A DNA stretch of 64,000 bases from an uncultured Alphaproteobacteria bacterium (GTDB lineage Bacteria > Pseudomonadota > Alphaproteobacteria > RF32 > CAG-239): assembly GCA_947588275.1 (NCBI GenBank), contig CANPYJ010000001.1, positions 103,026-167,025 of the forward strand. Direction: 5' to 3'. The notes under the pieces were generated by a model. It saw only the letters and a list, made by a program, of their open reading frames with translations. It had not been told where the DNA came from and searched no databases. The translations under genes were made by a program, and so were the position numbers. This document shows positions 1-9,774 of the stretch, piece after piece (position 1 is the stretch's first letter; the number at the start of each line of letters is the position of its first letter).

Positions 1-725
1 GAAAGTCCGGCGCGATAAAACAAATCATATATGCGGTTATACTCATACCCTTCCTTGCCGTAAGCAATCCATACGTCTTTGGTTGTCCAGTCATAAATCG
101 GATATGCATTATAAAGATTCGGCGCCAATTTGGTTGTCCATTGGCAGTTTTGCATCAAGGTTTTGCGCACATTGGCATAAGCTCGATAACGGTTAATCGA
201 TTCGTCAGCCCGAATCCCAACTAGGCAAATCGTGGTTCCGTTGTGGTGATTGGCATACCATTTGGCAAATTCAGCATACAAATCTTCCTGCGCCATTTTA
301 TACCGATAGAACTCCAACGGATTGTTTTTCAAATTAATAATATAAGGCCGATCAGGCATTTTGCGCACCCACAGCTTTTCTTTTTTGTCATCCCACGGAT
401 ACCAATACATCTGATAATTGCTGACGGCGCAACGCGATCCCATCGGCAGGCAAACCCAGTAAGGCTCAATGTCATTAATATTGTCATCAAACATTTTTTG
501 CACATATTCCGTAGTCAGCTGATATTGTGCCTCAAAATCCTGATGAAAGACGCCCACTTTTTTTTCAATGTGATTGCGGCGTTTGTAATCCAACACCATG
601 CTCAAAAGCAAACCGCTGTCTTTGCCGCCGGAAAAAGAAACATACACGTTGTCAAAGTTTTCAAAGGCAAATTTTATCCGTTCTTGCGTAGCTTCATAAA
701 CATTCTTGTTTTGATAAACTTTCAT
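1..725 (-). CDS. PP-loop ATPase, PAPS-reductase-like (DndC/IbrA/DUF3440-like family); C-terminus lies beyond the left window edge
   Basis: Own minus-strand translation from ATG at 725: MKVYQNKNVYEATQERIKFAFENFDNVYVSFSGGKDSGLLLSMVLDY..., with the SFSGGKDS PP-loop. Absent from the ORF track because it runs off the window. ATGA overlap (722-725) with the upstream stop. Confidence 0.75.
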   Translation of the reverse strand, partial: MKVYQNKNVYEATQERIKFAFENFDNVYVSFSGGKDSGLLLSMVLDYKRRNHIEKKVGVFHQDFEAQYQLTTEYVQKMFDDNINDIEPYWVCLPMGSRCAVSNYQMYWYPWDDKKEKLWVRKMPDRPYIINLKNNPLEFYRYKMAQEDLYAEFAKWYANHHNGTTICLVGIRADESINRYRAYANVRKTLMQNCQWTTKLAPNLYNAYPIYDWTTKDVWIAYGKEGYEYNRIYDLFYRAGL

Positions 726-1966
726 AAGTCACAAACCTCTTTGTAAGACATCATACGATGTACGTTTTGCAGGACTTTTTTCTTTCTGGATAAATTATCC
801 CTAATCAGATTTTCCAAATGCGTATTAACCCAAAAATCATAAATTCTGACCTTGACGGGATGATCAGCATAAAGCTTCGGAAAAATCGACAACTTGTCCT
901 TATAGTCAAAAGTCTGAGAGAAGTATATCACATTTCCGCAACCATGCAAGAAAAGTCTTGGCATTTCAACTTTATATGTGCAAATCATAATCGGAACACC
1001 TGTTTCAAACAGCTTCAAGGCCTTGGTTTTATTGGTTGTTCCGGACAAAACGACATATTGATAGCCGCGTAAAATTCCGGATTCCTTCAAAAATTTTATT
1101 TCGCTCAAAAATTTGGTAAAAACAACCACTTTTTCATTTCTGGCCGTAATTTCCATTAACAACTGTTTCAGGAGCACCGTCTTTTGATAACAAATGGTAT
1201 AAAAATATTGGAATCGCTGGATAACCTGCAAATAAGCGACCTGAACCCGTCCTTTCAGAAACTCTGCTTTGGCTTCATTATAAGCTTGTTTTTCAGCCTC
1301 GCTTAACTCAATGGGACAGATATGATAATCAAGTATCAGGTTATCCGAAAAATCGCACAGCAAGATATATGGTTGCAACAGGCGAAAGGCCTGTCGCTCA
1401 AACTTAGGCTTGGACCAGCGTTTCCACACCTTAAAATCATCGCGATAATACGGCATGTAACTATGCAAAAACTGATTTTCGTTCATTTTTATGCTGTTGC
1501 CGTCCATAAACATCAAATGCGCATATATGTCTCTCAGACCCCGGCTGATGGGATCTTGCGACAGCAACAGCCGAAACGCAAATTTGCTGCGGATTGTCAT
1601 GAGCAGCTGCGTGCGGATGGAACTTGTATTTTTAACATTAAGGCTTTCATCAATCACGCAAAACACACGCTGTGAATTTGCAAGATTATACAGCGACAAA
1701 TAGACATCGCCTTTGAGAGACAGATATTCATACGAAAAAAACCTGAATTTTGTAATCAGACGTCCCGCACCCTTGCGCACACAGTCGACATAAGCGACAA
1801 TGTCCAGATAGCTGGTTGGTGCTATCCACGCCACATAATCCCACTCGTGGCGAAAATGTTTGATAACTTTCAGCGCCGCATCAAGACGACGGCCGTTCAT
1901 ACGCACATACAATATCCCGGCTTTGTTTTGCGCGAATTTTTTATAATTTATGTACTTTCTTCCCAT
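722..1966 (-). CDS. SF2/SNF2-like helicase-related protein without a recognisable Walker A
   Basis: 414-aa ORF with AWIAPTSYL, CVIDESLNVKN (DExx-like), RLLLSQDPISRGLRDIYAHLMFMD (SNF2 motif III-like) and VVVFTKF...LSGTT (helicase C lobe). No GxGKT anywhere. Translationally coupled to the PP-loop gene. Confidence 0.5.
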   Translation of the reverse strand: MGRKYINYKKFAQNKAGILYVRMNGRRLDAALKVIKHFRHEWDYVAWIAPTSYLDIVAYVDCVRKGAGRLITKFRFFSYEYLSLKGDVYLSLYNLANSQRVFCVIDESLNVKNTSSIRTQLLMTIRSKFAFRLLLSQDPISRGLRDIYAHLMFMDGNSIKMNENQFLHSYMPYYRDDFKVWKRWSKPKFERQAFRLLQPYILLCDFSDNLILDYHICPIELSEAEKQAYNEAKAEFLKGRVQVAYLQVIQRFQYFYTICYQKTVLLKQLLMEITARNEKVVVFTKFLSEIKFLKESGILRGYQYVVLSGTTNKTKALKLFETGVPIMICTYKVEMPRLFLHGCGNVIYFSQTFDYKDKLSIFPKLYADHPVKVRIYDFWVNTHLENLIRDNLSRKKKVLQNVHRMMSYKEVCDL

Positions 1967-2434
1967 ACATAACCAACCTGTTACTTTTTTCCTCGGACAA
2001 ACCTCCCTTTTATCCGCTGAAATTACATTTAAGCTGGTATGTATCTTTTTTAGACCTGAACGACGAAACTCCGGAATACATCCGGACTGCCTTTGGCGGA
2101 GAATAAGGGATTCTGAAATTTGTCATCAATAAAAGCTTGTCTTATCGTCATTTTTACTGTCCGCCATAAACATTTTATCAAGTATACACTGTCTTGCACC
2201 TGTTTCAAGTAAAAATTTATCTGTGCAACTGATTAACAACATTAGTCGGATGTGAAGCAGAGTTATTTCTCCATCCGCATGTATTGAATGACTGAAATCA
2301 ACAAATCGACGCAAAATTCTGCTGATGCCGTTAAAATAAAAAAAAGACATTTGTTGTACCACTCCATAGCACCACTGTACTTAACAATACGTTTGTACTA
2401 TTTAATTGTGATAAAACAAATGTCTGAAATTTAA

Positions 2435-2522
2435 TGGCGGAGAGTACAGGACTCGAACCTGTGCACCGGTATTCCCGGTGACGGATTAGCAATCCGCTGC
2501 ATTACCACTCTGCCAACTCTCC
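2435..2522 (-). tRNA. tRNA-Ser (anticodon GCU)
   Basis: Reverse complement reads GGAGAGTTGGCAGAGTGGTAATGCAGCGGATTGCTAATCCGTCACCGGGAATACCGGTGCACAGGTTCGAGTCCTGTACTCTCCGCCA. Cloverleaf with long variable arm, anticodon loop TTGCTAA, encoded CCA. Confidence 0.95.
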
Positions 2523-2608
2523 ATACTCTGGCAACGGGATATATTTAGCCGAAGTTTATGCCTGCGTCAATCTTTTTTTTATTAAAAAATACAATTTTCT
2601 GCCCGATT

Positions 2609-3385
2609 CTACTCGCGAAAAACCATTGCCAAATATGTCATCAGGATAAAACCGACAAACACCGCCGCAGCCGACCGGTTTGTATCTTTGGCGCCGTATG
2701 TTTCCGGCAGAATCTCATTTATAACCACAAACAACAGCGTGCCGCCGGCCAAAGCCATTCCGTAAGGCACGATATTAAAACTTATCTCCATCAAAAACAG
2801 TCCTATGATTGCCCCAATCGGCTGCACCAAACCGATGGCCATTGCCGTCAAAGCGGCGCGCAGCCGCGAACAGCCCGCCGCCACCAGTGAAATGGCGATA
2901 GTCAAGCCTTCCGGAATATTGTGTGCTGCAATCCCCACAACCAGCGACAACGGATTAATCAGTTGTTCGCCCCCGAACGCCACGCCGACCGCCAGTCCTT
3001 CCGGCAGTTTATGAAGCGTTATCGCAATAACGAACAGCCAAGCTTTTTTCATATCAAAATGCGGTCCATGATGCCCCATGGCATTATGTTCGTGCGGAAT
3101 CAGCAGATTGAGTATCCACACCAGCAAAACGCCGGCAAAAACAGCCAGTGCATACCTCAAGGCCGCCATATACAGGTTATCTGTCTTAGATAAGATTTCA
3201 TTCATTGACGGCACCAACAGCGAAAAAAACGATGCCGCCAACATAACGCCTGCCGCCAAATTCAAAAAAAAGTTGATTTCAGACTTCAGATATCTTTTTT
3301 TCAAAAAGATACACAATCCGCCCACACCGGTAATCAATCCGGCGCCGAGCGCAGCCAAAAATCCCTGCATTTCCAAACTACCCAT
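2609..3385 (-). CDS. zupT: ZIP-family zinc transporter ZupT
   Basis: 258 aa, multi-TM. ZIP signatures LHKLPEGLAVGVAF and AAHNIPEGLTIAISL; His-rich loop HEHNAMGHHGPH. Confidence 0.9.
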   Translation of the reverse strand: MGSLEMQGFLAALGAGLITGVGGLCIFLKKRYLKSEINFFLNLAAGVMLAASFFSLLVPSMNEILSKTDNLYMAALRYALAVFAGVLLVWILNLLIPHEHNAMGHHGPHFDMKKAWLFVIAITLHKLPEGLAVGVAFGGEQLINPLSLVVGIAAHNIPEGLTIAISLVAAGCSRLRAALTAMAIGLVQPIGAIIGLFLMEISFNIVPYGMALAGGTLLFVVINEILPETYGAKDTNRSAAAVFVGFILMTYLAMVFRE

Positions 3386-3388
3386 ACC

Positions 3389-5197
3389 TCACCTGTCAAA
3401 CAATTTGGCGATATCGCGAATTTTAAGTTCAACATAAGCCTGCCGGCCGTGATTGCATTGTCCTGAATGCGGCGTACGCTCCATATCGCGCAGCAAGCGG
3501 TTCATCTCTTCTGTTGTCAGCCGCCGCCCTGCCCGCACCGAACCGTGACAAGCAATAGTCGCGCATATCAGATGAAGTTTTTCTGCCAGTTCAAATCCGC
3601 TTCCCCATTCCACCAGTTGCTCGGCAATATCCGTTACCAACTGCTTCGCGTCGACTTCTCCGAGCAGCGCCGGCGTCTCCCGCACCAAAACCGCAGTCGT
3701 GCCGAACTCTTCCAAAACCAAGCCCAATTTGGCCAAATCGGCCGCGGCTTCCGCCACGCGCATTTTTTCCGCCGGCGGTAATTCCACAACTTCGGGAATA
3801 AGCAGCATTTGCGAAGCTTGACGACCGTTTTTGAATCCCGCTTTAAGTTTTTCCATAACGATTCGCTCATGCGCCGCATGCTGATCGACAATAATCAGAC
3901 TGTCTTCGGTCTGAGCAATGATATAAGTATCGCTGAATTGCGCTTTGGCAACCCCTAACGGCCCGATTTCGTCAGGCAACGGCGCATTTTCTTCCGTACG
4001 CACCGAATATTTGCGTTCCAGCTCCGGCAACACCGCCTGCCGCCCCGATGTCGGCGTCGGCCGTGGCGTCAGCAACGAACGCGCCTGATAAACCGGCGTG
4101 GCGCTATCCTGCAAAAAATCGTCTTTGTCGGAAAAATCAGGAATTTTATCATGCACCAGCTGTTCCAGATGAATGGCGTTTGACGTCCGTCCCGAGTGCA
4201 GATTAAGCCCATTGCGAACAGAACTGACCAGCAGTCCGCGCACCAAATTAGAATCAAAGAAACGCACTTCCGCCTTGGTCGGGTGAACATTTACATCCAC
4301 ATAGCGCGGTTCAATTTCAATAAACAACGCGCACAAAGGATACCGACCCGACGGCAAGACATCCTGATAGGCTCCGCGCATAGCCGAAAGCAACAGTTTG
4401 TCACGCACCGGCCGATTGTTCACAAACAAATATTGTGACAATGAGTTGGCTTTGTTGAGAGTTGGCAACGAAACATAACCATAAATTTTGACATGCTCGC
4501 GCGCTGCCTCAATACGAATGGAGTTGTCGGCGAATTCGCGTCCCATCACCGCGGCAATCCGCTCCAGCCGGGCTTCAAACAAATCGCCGCCGCATGTCGG
4601 CAGCGCAAACTTTTTCTTATCATTTTCATACAAGCTGAAAGCAATCTGCGGGTTGGCCAAAGCAATTCGTTGCAGCATATCGCTGCATTGTGCCGTCTCG
4701 GCGGCTGCGGTTTTCAAAAACTTAAGCCGCGCCGGTGTGGCATAAAACAAATCACGCACTTCGACCCGCGTTCCGTTGCCCAGCGCCGCCGGCATCGGCC
4801 GCTTTTTCTCGCCGCCGTTGACTTCAAGTTTCCAAGCATTGTCGGCGCCCTGCGCACGGCTGACGATGGAAAGTCTGGAAACCGAAGCGATTGAGGGCAA
4901 AGCCTCGCCGCGAAACCCCATATAACAAATATTAAACAGATTGTCGTCAGGCAATTTTGAAGTCGCGTGCCGTTCAACCGCCAACTCCAACTCCTGAGGC
5001 GTCATTCCTTTGCCGTTGTCGGCCACCGTAATCAGAGTCTTGCCACCCTCGCTCAACCGCACTTCCACCGACGTTGCGCCGGCATCAACGGCATTTTCGA
5101 CCAATTCTTTGACCGCCGAAGCCGGCCGCTCAATCACTTCTCCGGCGGCAATCTGGTTAATCAGGTTTGATGGCAGGATTCTGATAGTCATCGCCAA
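3389..5197 (-). CDS. mutL: DNA mismatch repair protein MutL
   Basis: N-terminal GHKL ATPase block IRILPSNLINQIAAGEVIERPASAVKELVENAVDAGAT; 602 aa; C-terminal dimerisation region. Confidence 0.97.
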   Translation of the reverse strand: MAMTIRILPSNLINQIAAGEVIERPASAVKELVENAVDAGATSVEVRLSEGGKTLITVADNGKGMTPQELELAVERHATSKLPDDNLFNICYMGFRGEALPSIASVSRLSIVSRAQGADNAWKLEVNGGEKKRPMPAALGNGTRVEVRDLFYATPARLKFLKTAAAETAQCSDMLQRIALANPQIAFSLYENDKKKFALPTCGGDLFEARLERIAAVMGREFADNSIRIEAAREHVKIYGYVSLPTLNKANSLSQYLFVNNRPVRDKLLLSAMRGAYQDVLPSGRYPLCALFIEIEPRYVDVNVHPTKAEVRFFDSNLVRGLLVSSVRNGLNLHSGRTSNAIHLEQLVHDKIPDFSDKDDFLQDSATPVYQARSLLTPRPTPTSGRQAVLPELERKYSVRTEENAPLPDEIGPLGVAKAQFSDTYIIAQTEDSLIIVDQHAAHERIVMEKLKAGFKNGRQASQMLLIPEVVELPPAEKMRVAEAAADLAKLGLVLEEFGTTAVLVRETPALLGEVDAKQLVTDIAEQLVEWGSGFELAEKLHLICATIACHGSVRAGRRLTTEEMNRLLRDMERTPHSGQCNHGRQAYVELKIRDIAKLFDR

Positions 5198-5198
5198 C

Positions 5199-6854
5199 CT
5201 ATTTGCGCAGCCGCTTAATCACCGAAACCAAATTTTCGGTTGAAGAATCATGACTGATGCTTGAGGCTTGGTTCTGCAGCTCTGGTAACAAGCTCAAGGC
5301 CATTTGTTTGCCGAGTTCCACGCCCATTTGATCAAACGAGTCAATATCCCAGATAACGCCCTCGACAAACGTTTTGTGTTCATACATGGCTACCAGCATA
5401 CCCAATGCAAACGGATCTATTTTTTTGAACAAGATCGTATTGGACGGCCGATTGCCCGAAAAACTTTTATATTTCTTCAGACGTTTGGCTTCTTCTTTGG
5501 ATTTTCCGGCGCGACGCATTTCATCATAGGCTTCTTTCACCGTCTTGCCTTTCATCAGGGCCTCGCCCTGCGCCAAAGCGTTGGCCAGCAAAATTTCATG
5601 ATGATCGCCGACTTCGTTGTGCGAAATTGCCGGCACGATAATATCGCACGGAATAACAGATGTTCCCTGATGTATCAGCTGGAAAAACGAGTGCTGCACA
5701 TCGGTTCCCGCGCCGCCAAAAACAACCGGCGACGTGCAATATCTTACATATTCGTCCTGCGTCGACACAAATTTGCCGTTGCTCTCCATAATCAGCTGCT
5801 GCAAATGCGCCGGCAGATAATGCAGATATTGGTCATAAGGAATAATCGCCAGACTGCGGAAATTAAAGAAATTGGTATACCACACGCTCAGCAATCCAAG
5901 CACCACCGGAATATTTTTTTGCAACTCGGTATACTTGAAATGCATGTCCATTTCATGGGCGCCGTCGAGCATTTTTTCAAAGTTATCCATCCCGACCGCA
6001 ATGGCGATAATCAGCCCGATGGCCGACCACATTGAATAACGACCGCCGACAAAATCCCAAAACTCAAACATATTTTCGGTATCTATTCCAAACTTGGCGA
6101 CTTCTTCCGCATTGGTCGACACGGCCACAAAGTGCTTGGCTACCGCATGTTCTCCCAAAGCGTCGACCAACCATTTGCGGCAAGTGCGCGCATTGGTCAA
6201 AGTTTCAATGGTCGTAAAAGTTTTGGAGCAAATAATAAACAGCGTTTCCTCGGGATTAAGCTTATTCAGAACTTCGCTGCATGCCGTACCGTCAATATTG
6301 GAAATAAAATAGCAGTTAATGTCCTTGCTCCAATATTTGCGCAGAGCTTCAACCGCCATTTTTGGCCCCAGATCCGAACCGCCGATGCCGATATTGACAA
6401 TGTTGACAAGTTTTTTGCCCGTATGTCCGGTAAATTTGCCCAACCGCACGGCCTCTGAAAATTTGCGCATTTTGGCCAATACGGCATTAACTTCGGGCAT
6501 AACATTGCGCCCGTCAACCATAATCGGCGTATTTTCGCGATTACGCAAAGCAACATGCAGGACCGCCCGTTTTTCGGTATGGTTAATCTTGTCGCCACGA
6601 AACATTGCTTCGATTTTTTCCGGCAGTTTGCAAGTCTTGGCCAAAGCGATCAGATAGGCCATCGTGCGATCGGTAATGCGGTTTTTTGAATAATCAAGCA
6701 TCATCGCATCAAGATTGATGTTATAACGCTCGGCACGCTGCGGATCCTTGCGAAACAGGCCGCGCATCTCAACGTCGCGCATCTTTTTATAATGTTTGAC
6801 CAGTTTCTTCCATGCTCTTGTTTTGTTGACTTGTGCGGAATTTCCAAATATCAT
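5199..6854 (-). CDS. pgi: Glucose-6-phosphate isomerase
   Basis: 551 aa; PGI blocks such as IGIGGSDLGP and FWDFVGGRYSMWSAIG. Confidence 0.96.
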   Translation of the reverse strand: MIFGNSAQVNKTRAWKKLVKHYKKMRDVEMRGLFRKDPQRAERYNINLDAMMLDYSKNRITDRTMAYLIALAKTCKLPEKIEAMFRGDKINHTEKRAVLHVALRNRENTPIMVDGRNVMPEVNAVLAKMRKFSEAVRLGKFTGHTGKKLVNIVNIGIGGSDLGPKMAVEALRKYWSKDINCYFISNIDGTACSEVLNKLNPEETLFIICSKTFTTIETLTNARTCRKWLVDALGEHAVAKHFVAVSTNAEEVAKFGIDTENMFEFWDFVGGRYSMWSAIGLIIAIAVGMDNFEKMLDGAHEMDMHFKYTELQKNIPVVLGLLSVWYTNFFNFRSLAIIPYDQYLHYLPAHLQQLIMESNGKFVSTQDEYVRYCTSPVVFGGAGTDVQHSFFQLIHQGTSVIPCDIIVPAISHNEVGDHHEILLANALAQGEALMKGKTVKEAYDEMRRAGKSKEEAKRLKKYKSFSGNRPSNTILFKKIDPFALGMLVAMYEHKTFVEGVIWDIDSFDQMGVELGKQMALSLLPELQNQASSISHDSSTENLVSVIKRLRK

Positions 6855-8272
6855 TTTCGTTCTCCTGCCGCCGGCTGAAACTCGCCTAATTCAACGCCGG
6901 TCAATAGTTGCTTGTTAAAATATTTTTTAATAACGCGATTCACGTCTTCTGGCTTGATATGAGCAATATAATCGTTCCTTTTTTGCAAAAAATCCAGCCC
7001 TAAATTATATTTTTGCATAGCGGTTAAGATCTCGGCAATGTTTTCAATTGACGCAAAGCGCAGATGATACGAGGCTGTCAAATAATTTTTGGCCTGAGCC
7101 GTTTCCTCGGCGTCTATCCCCTCGTCGACAAACTTATCGGTCTCTTCATACAAAAGTTTTTTCGCTTTTTCAAAATTGTCAGCCGTGGCTGCAAAGCCGA
7201 CAATCAACAAAGGCGACTTATCGCTCAGCGACAAATAGGAATATATGCCGTAAGTCAGACCTTCCTGCTCCCGAATCCGTTGTGACAACCGTGAATTAAG
7301 ACCGGCACCGCCCCAAATATAATTGGCCGTAAACAGCGGATAAAAATCTTTGTGCGTACGGCCGATTGCGGGCATTGCCGCCAGCAGCATGTTTTGTCCG
7401 TCGCCCCGCCGAATCTGCACCAGCCGGCCGTCAAACTCGGTTTCCGCCGGCGGTATCGAAGCCTGCACTTTGTCGGCCGGCAAACCGGCAAACACCTTAT
7501 CCAAAAACGCCCCGCCGCTTTGCGCATCGACATCGCCGGCCAATCCCACTAGCAAATTGCCGCGGCTGAACTTATTTTTAACAAAGCGCCGCAAATCCGC
7601 CGCGCTGACACGCTCAATGTCGGCCGCCTGCCCCAGCGGATTGCGTCCATAAGGATGAGCACCGTACATTTCTCGGGCAAAAACCAATTCCAGCTCACGC
7701 TCCGGGCGTTCGTGCTGGCGCTTAAGAGCATCGAGAATTTGTGCCTTAACCCGCTGCAAATCCGCCTCATCAAAGCGCGGCTCGGTCAACATCAAATTCA
7801 AATATTGCGCTGCTTCCTGCAAGTGATCGGTTGTGGTCAGCAGGCTGCCGCCGAAGTCATCTTTGCCGGCAGCAAAACCGACTCTGATTGCCCGTTCTTC
7901 CATTTTTTCTTTAAGTTCCTGCGCCTTATATTTTCCGGCGCCTTCGGTCAGCAACGCCGCCGCCATCTGAGCAATTCCCTGTTCGTGAGCGTCATCATAA
8001 GCATAACCGGTATTTTCAAAACTGAAATTCAGACTGACAATCGGATTATGAGAATCTTTCAGCAAATAGGCTTTAATTCCCAGCTTCGGCGAACAAATTT
8101 CTTCAACCGACGCATTAAAAGTTCTGTTCTTGAGAATTGTATTCTCAATTGTTTTTTCGGCTTTATAAGCGCCGTAAAATTTTGACCGACAACCCCAAAA
8201 ACCAACTATGGCCAACAGTATCAGCACCAGCGCAACATCGCGTCGGCGGGTTTGGTTATTTGTTCGTCTCAT
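6851..8272 (-). CDS. M16-family peptidase, non-catalytic-type subunit (no HxxEH)
   Basis: M16 fold by similarity to its neighbour but lacks the inverted zincin motif. N-terminal TM/signal VALVLILLAIVGFWGC. Start at MRRTNNQ (8272) preferred over the ORF-track start 8317 because it shortens the overlap with the upstream gene. Confidence 0.8.
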   Translation of the reverse strand: MRRTNNQTRRRDVALVLILLAIVGFWGCRSKFYGAYKAEKTIENTILKNRTFNASVEEICSPKLGIKAYLLKDSHNPIVSLNFSFENTGYAYDDAHEQGIAQMAAALLTEGAGKYKAQELKEKMEERAIRVGFAAGKDDFGGSLLTTTDHLQEAAQYLNLMLTEPRFDEADLQRVKAQILDALKRQHERPERELELVFAREMYGAHPYGRNPLGQAADIERVSAADLRRFVKNKFSRGNLLVGLAGDVDAQSGGAFLDKVFAGLPADKVQASIPPAETEFDGRLVQIRRGDGQNMLLAAMPAIGRTHKDFYPLFTANYIWGGAGLNSRLSQRIREQEGLTYGIYSYLSLSDKSPLLIVGFAATADNFEKAKKLLYEETDKFVDEGIDAEETAQAKNYLTASYHLRFASIENIAEILTAMQKYNLGLDFLQKRNDYIAHIKPEDVNRVIKKYFNKQLLTGVELGEFQPAAGERK

Positions 8273-9599
8273 CGGTATTCTCCTCCGGCCGCAATATTCC
8301 CGTAACCTGCGGCGCATGTGCTCGCAGTTTTTGTGCCGCTTTCCGCACGTCTGCGTCTTTTACGGCCTTAATATTTTGCTCATAAGCCTCAATCTCGTCC
8401 AGACTGGCGCCCGCGGCGGCCATGGCACCGACTATATACGCCGCGTCTTCGGGATTGTCGCGCATATAGACCAAACCGGCCAACATTTTGCGTTTGATTT
8501 TTTCGGCAGCTTTTTGATCAAAATTTTGCATCTCTTCATTCCAGACTTGGTCAATTTTAGCCAACAGCTGCTCCGGCGTTGTCCCCTTGGCCGGCATTGC
8601 CGAAATGGCAAATGTGCCGTAACTGCGCGACAACGGATTAAATTCGGCGCTCACATTCAAAGCAACTTTGTCTTGCAAAACCAGTTTCTTGTATAATTTT
8701 GAAGTCTCGCCTTCGCCGAGATACGCCGCCCAAACCATCAGACTATAAACATCTTCCGTCTGCTTCTGATATGACGGCGCAACAAAAATTTTGACAACGC
8801 GATTACCGCGGATTTGCGGCATCTTCATATCTACCGTGGCTTTAAAATCCTCTGGCGGCGCAGAAAAATCGCTGCGAATTGATTTTTTGCCGGCCGGCCG
8901 CAGATTGCCATAGTATTTTTGCGCCAGTTCTTTGGCCGTGACGGCATCAATATCGCCGGACAAAACCAAAATTGCATTGTTCGGCACATAGAAGCGTTTA
9001 TAAAAATCTTCAATGTCCTGCCGCGTTAAATGCTTAATTTCCTCGTCTGTCCCCGAGACCGGACGAGCATGTGGATGCTCCTGCCACAAGGCGCGGTTCA
9101 TCGCCTCAAAAAAGCGTCCGGACGGGTTGTTGTCAACCCTCTCCTTGCGCTCCTGAAACACAATATCTCTTTCCGCCGCAAAATCCGTTTCCCCAATGTC
9201 CAGATTTTTCATGCGGTCAGCTTCCAAAAACATGGCCAATTCCAGCCTTCCGACATCGACAAGCTGATGATAGACAGTGTTATCATAAGCCGTAAAAGCA
9301 TTGCTTTCGGCTCCGTTTTTTTCCAAAAGAGTGTTGAATGTCTGCCCCGGAATCAATTTGGTGCCGCGAAACATCAGATGTTCCAGCAGATGCGCGGAAC
9401 CGCCAGCCCCTATCCGTTCATCCGTCGAACCGGCCTGATACCAAAGCATTTGTTTGACAATCGGCGCCCGATGATTCTCAATGGCAATCACCCGCAAACC
9501 GTTGTCCAAACGAAACTCCTGCGCGTCAAACAACCCCTCTGCCGCGACCAGTCGGGGCAACAAAACGCACAGTGCGCCCAAAACAATTTTTTTATTCAT
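8256..9599 (-). CDS. M16-family zinc peptidase (catalytic-type, HxxEH)
   Basis: Signal peptide MNKKIVLGALCVLLPRLVAA; inverted zincin motif GSAHLLEHLMFRGT. Confidence 0.9.
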   Translation of the reverse strand: MNKKIVLGALCVLLPRLVAAEGLFDAQEFRLDNGLRVIAIENHRAPIVKQMLWYQAGSTDERIGAGGSAHLLEHLMFRGTKLIPGQTFNTLLEKNGAESNAFTAYDNTVYHQLVDVGRLELAMFLEADRMKNLDIGETDFAAERDIVFQERKERVDNNPSGRFFEAMNRALWQEHPHARPVSGTDEEIKHLTRQDIEDFYKRFYVPNNAILVLSGDIDAVTAKELAQKYYGNLRPAGKKSIRSDFSAPPEDFKATVDMKMPQIRGNRVVKIFVAPSYQKQTEDVYSLMVWAAYLGEGETSKLYKKLVLQDKVALNVSAEFNPLSRSYGTFAISAMPAKGTTPEQLLAKIDQVWNEEMQNFDQKAAEKIKRKMLAGLVYMRDNPEDAAYIVGAMAAAGASLDEIEAYEQNIKAVKDADVRKAAQKLRAHAPQVTGILRPEENTDETNK

Positions 9600-9774
9600 T
9601 CGGCAAATCCGTCACCGGCTGCAAGTCATACTCCGGCGGCAGTGTCAAAGGCGGGCGGGACGTCACCAGATTTTCATTCGGCGCCTTATTGCTGAGCCCG
9701 AGCGTTTCTTTGTTCAGCGAGCCGCATGCACCGAGCGCCAAAATCAATCCAAGTCCCAAAATCAGTTTTTTCAT
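9592..9774 (-). CDS. Small lipoprotein (possibly DUF3035/BamF-like)
   Basis: MKKLILGLGLILALGAC lipobox. PPLTLPPEYDLQP motif resembles the DUF3035 signature. ATGA overlap with the lspA stop at 9771-9774. Confidence 0.5.
   Translation of the reverse strand: MKKLILGLGLILALGACGSLNKETLGLSNKAPNENLVTSRPPLTLPPEYDLQPVTDLPNE

Noticed and set aside
243-746. 167-aa plus-strand ORF at the left edge
   Set aside because: It is antisense to a minus-strand reading frame with a clear PP-loop (SFSGGKDS) and a coupled start. Its sequence is low-complexity I/F/H-rich, typical of a shadow ORF.
2126-2362. 78-aa minus-strand ORF in the AT-rich spacer between the SNF2-like gene and tRNA-Ser
   Set aside because: No RBS and no recognisable motif, in very AT-rich DNA where random ORFs of this size are expected. 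It is left unannotated, although a small island-borne gene cannot be excluded.
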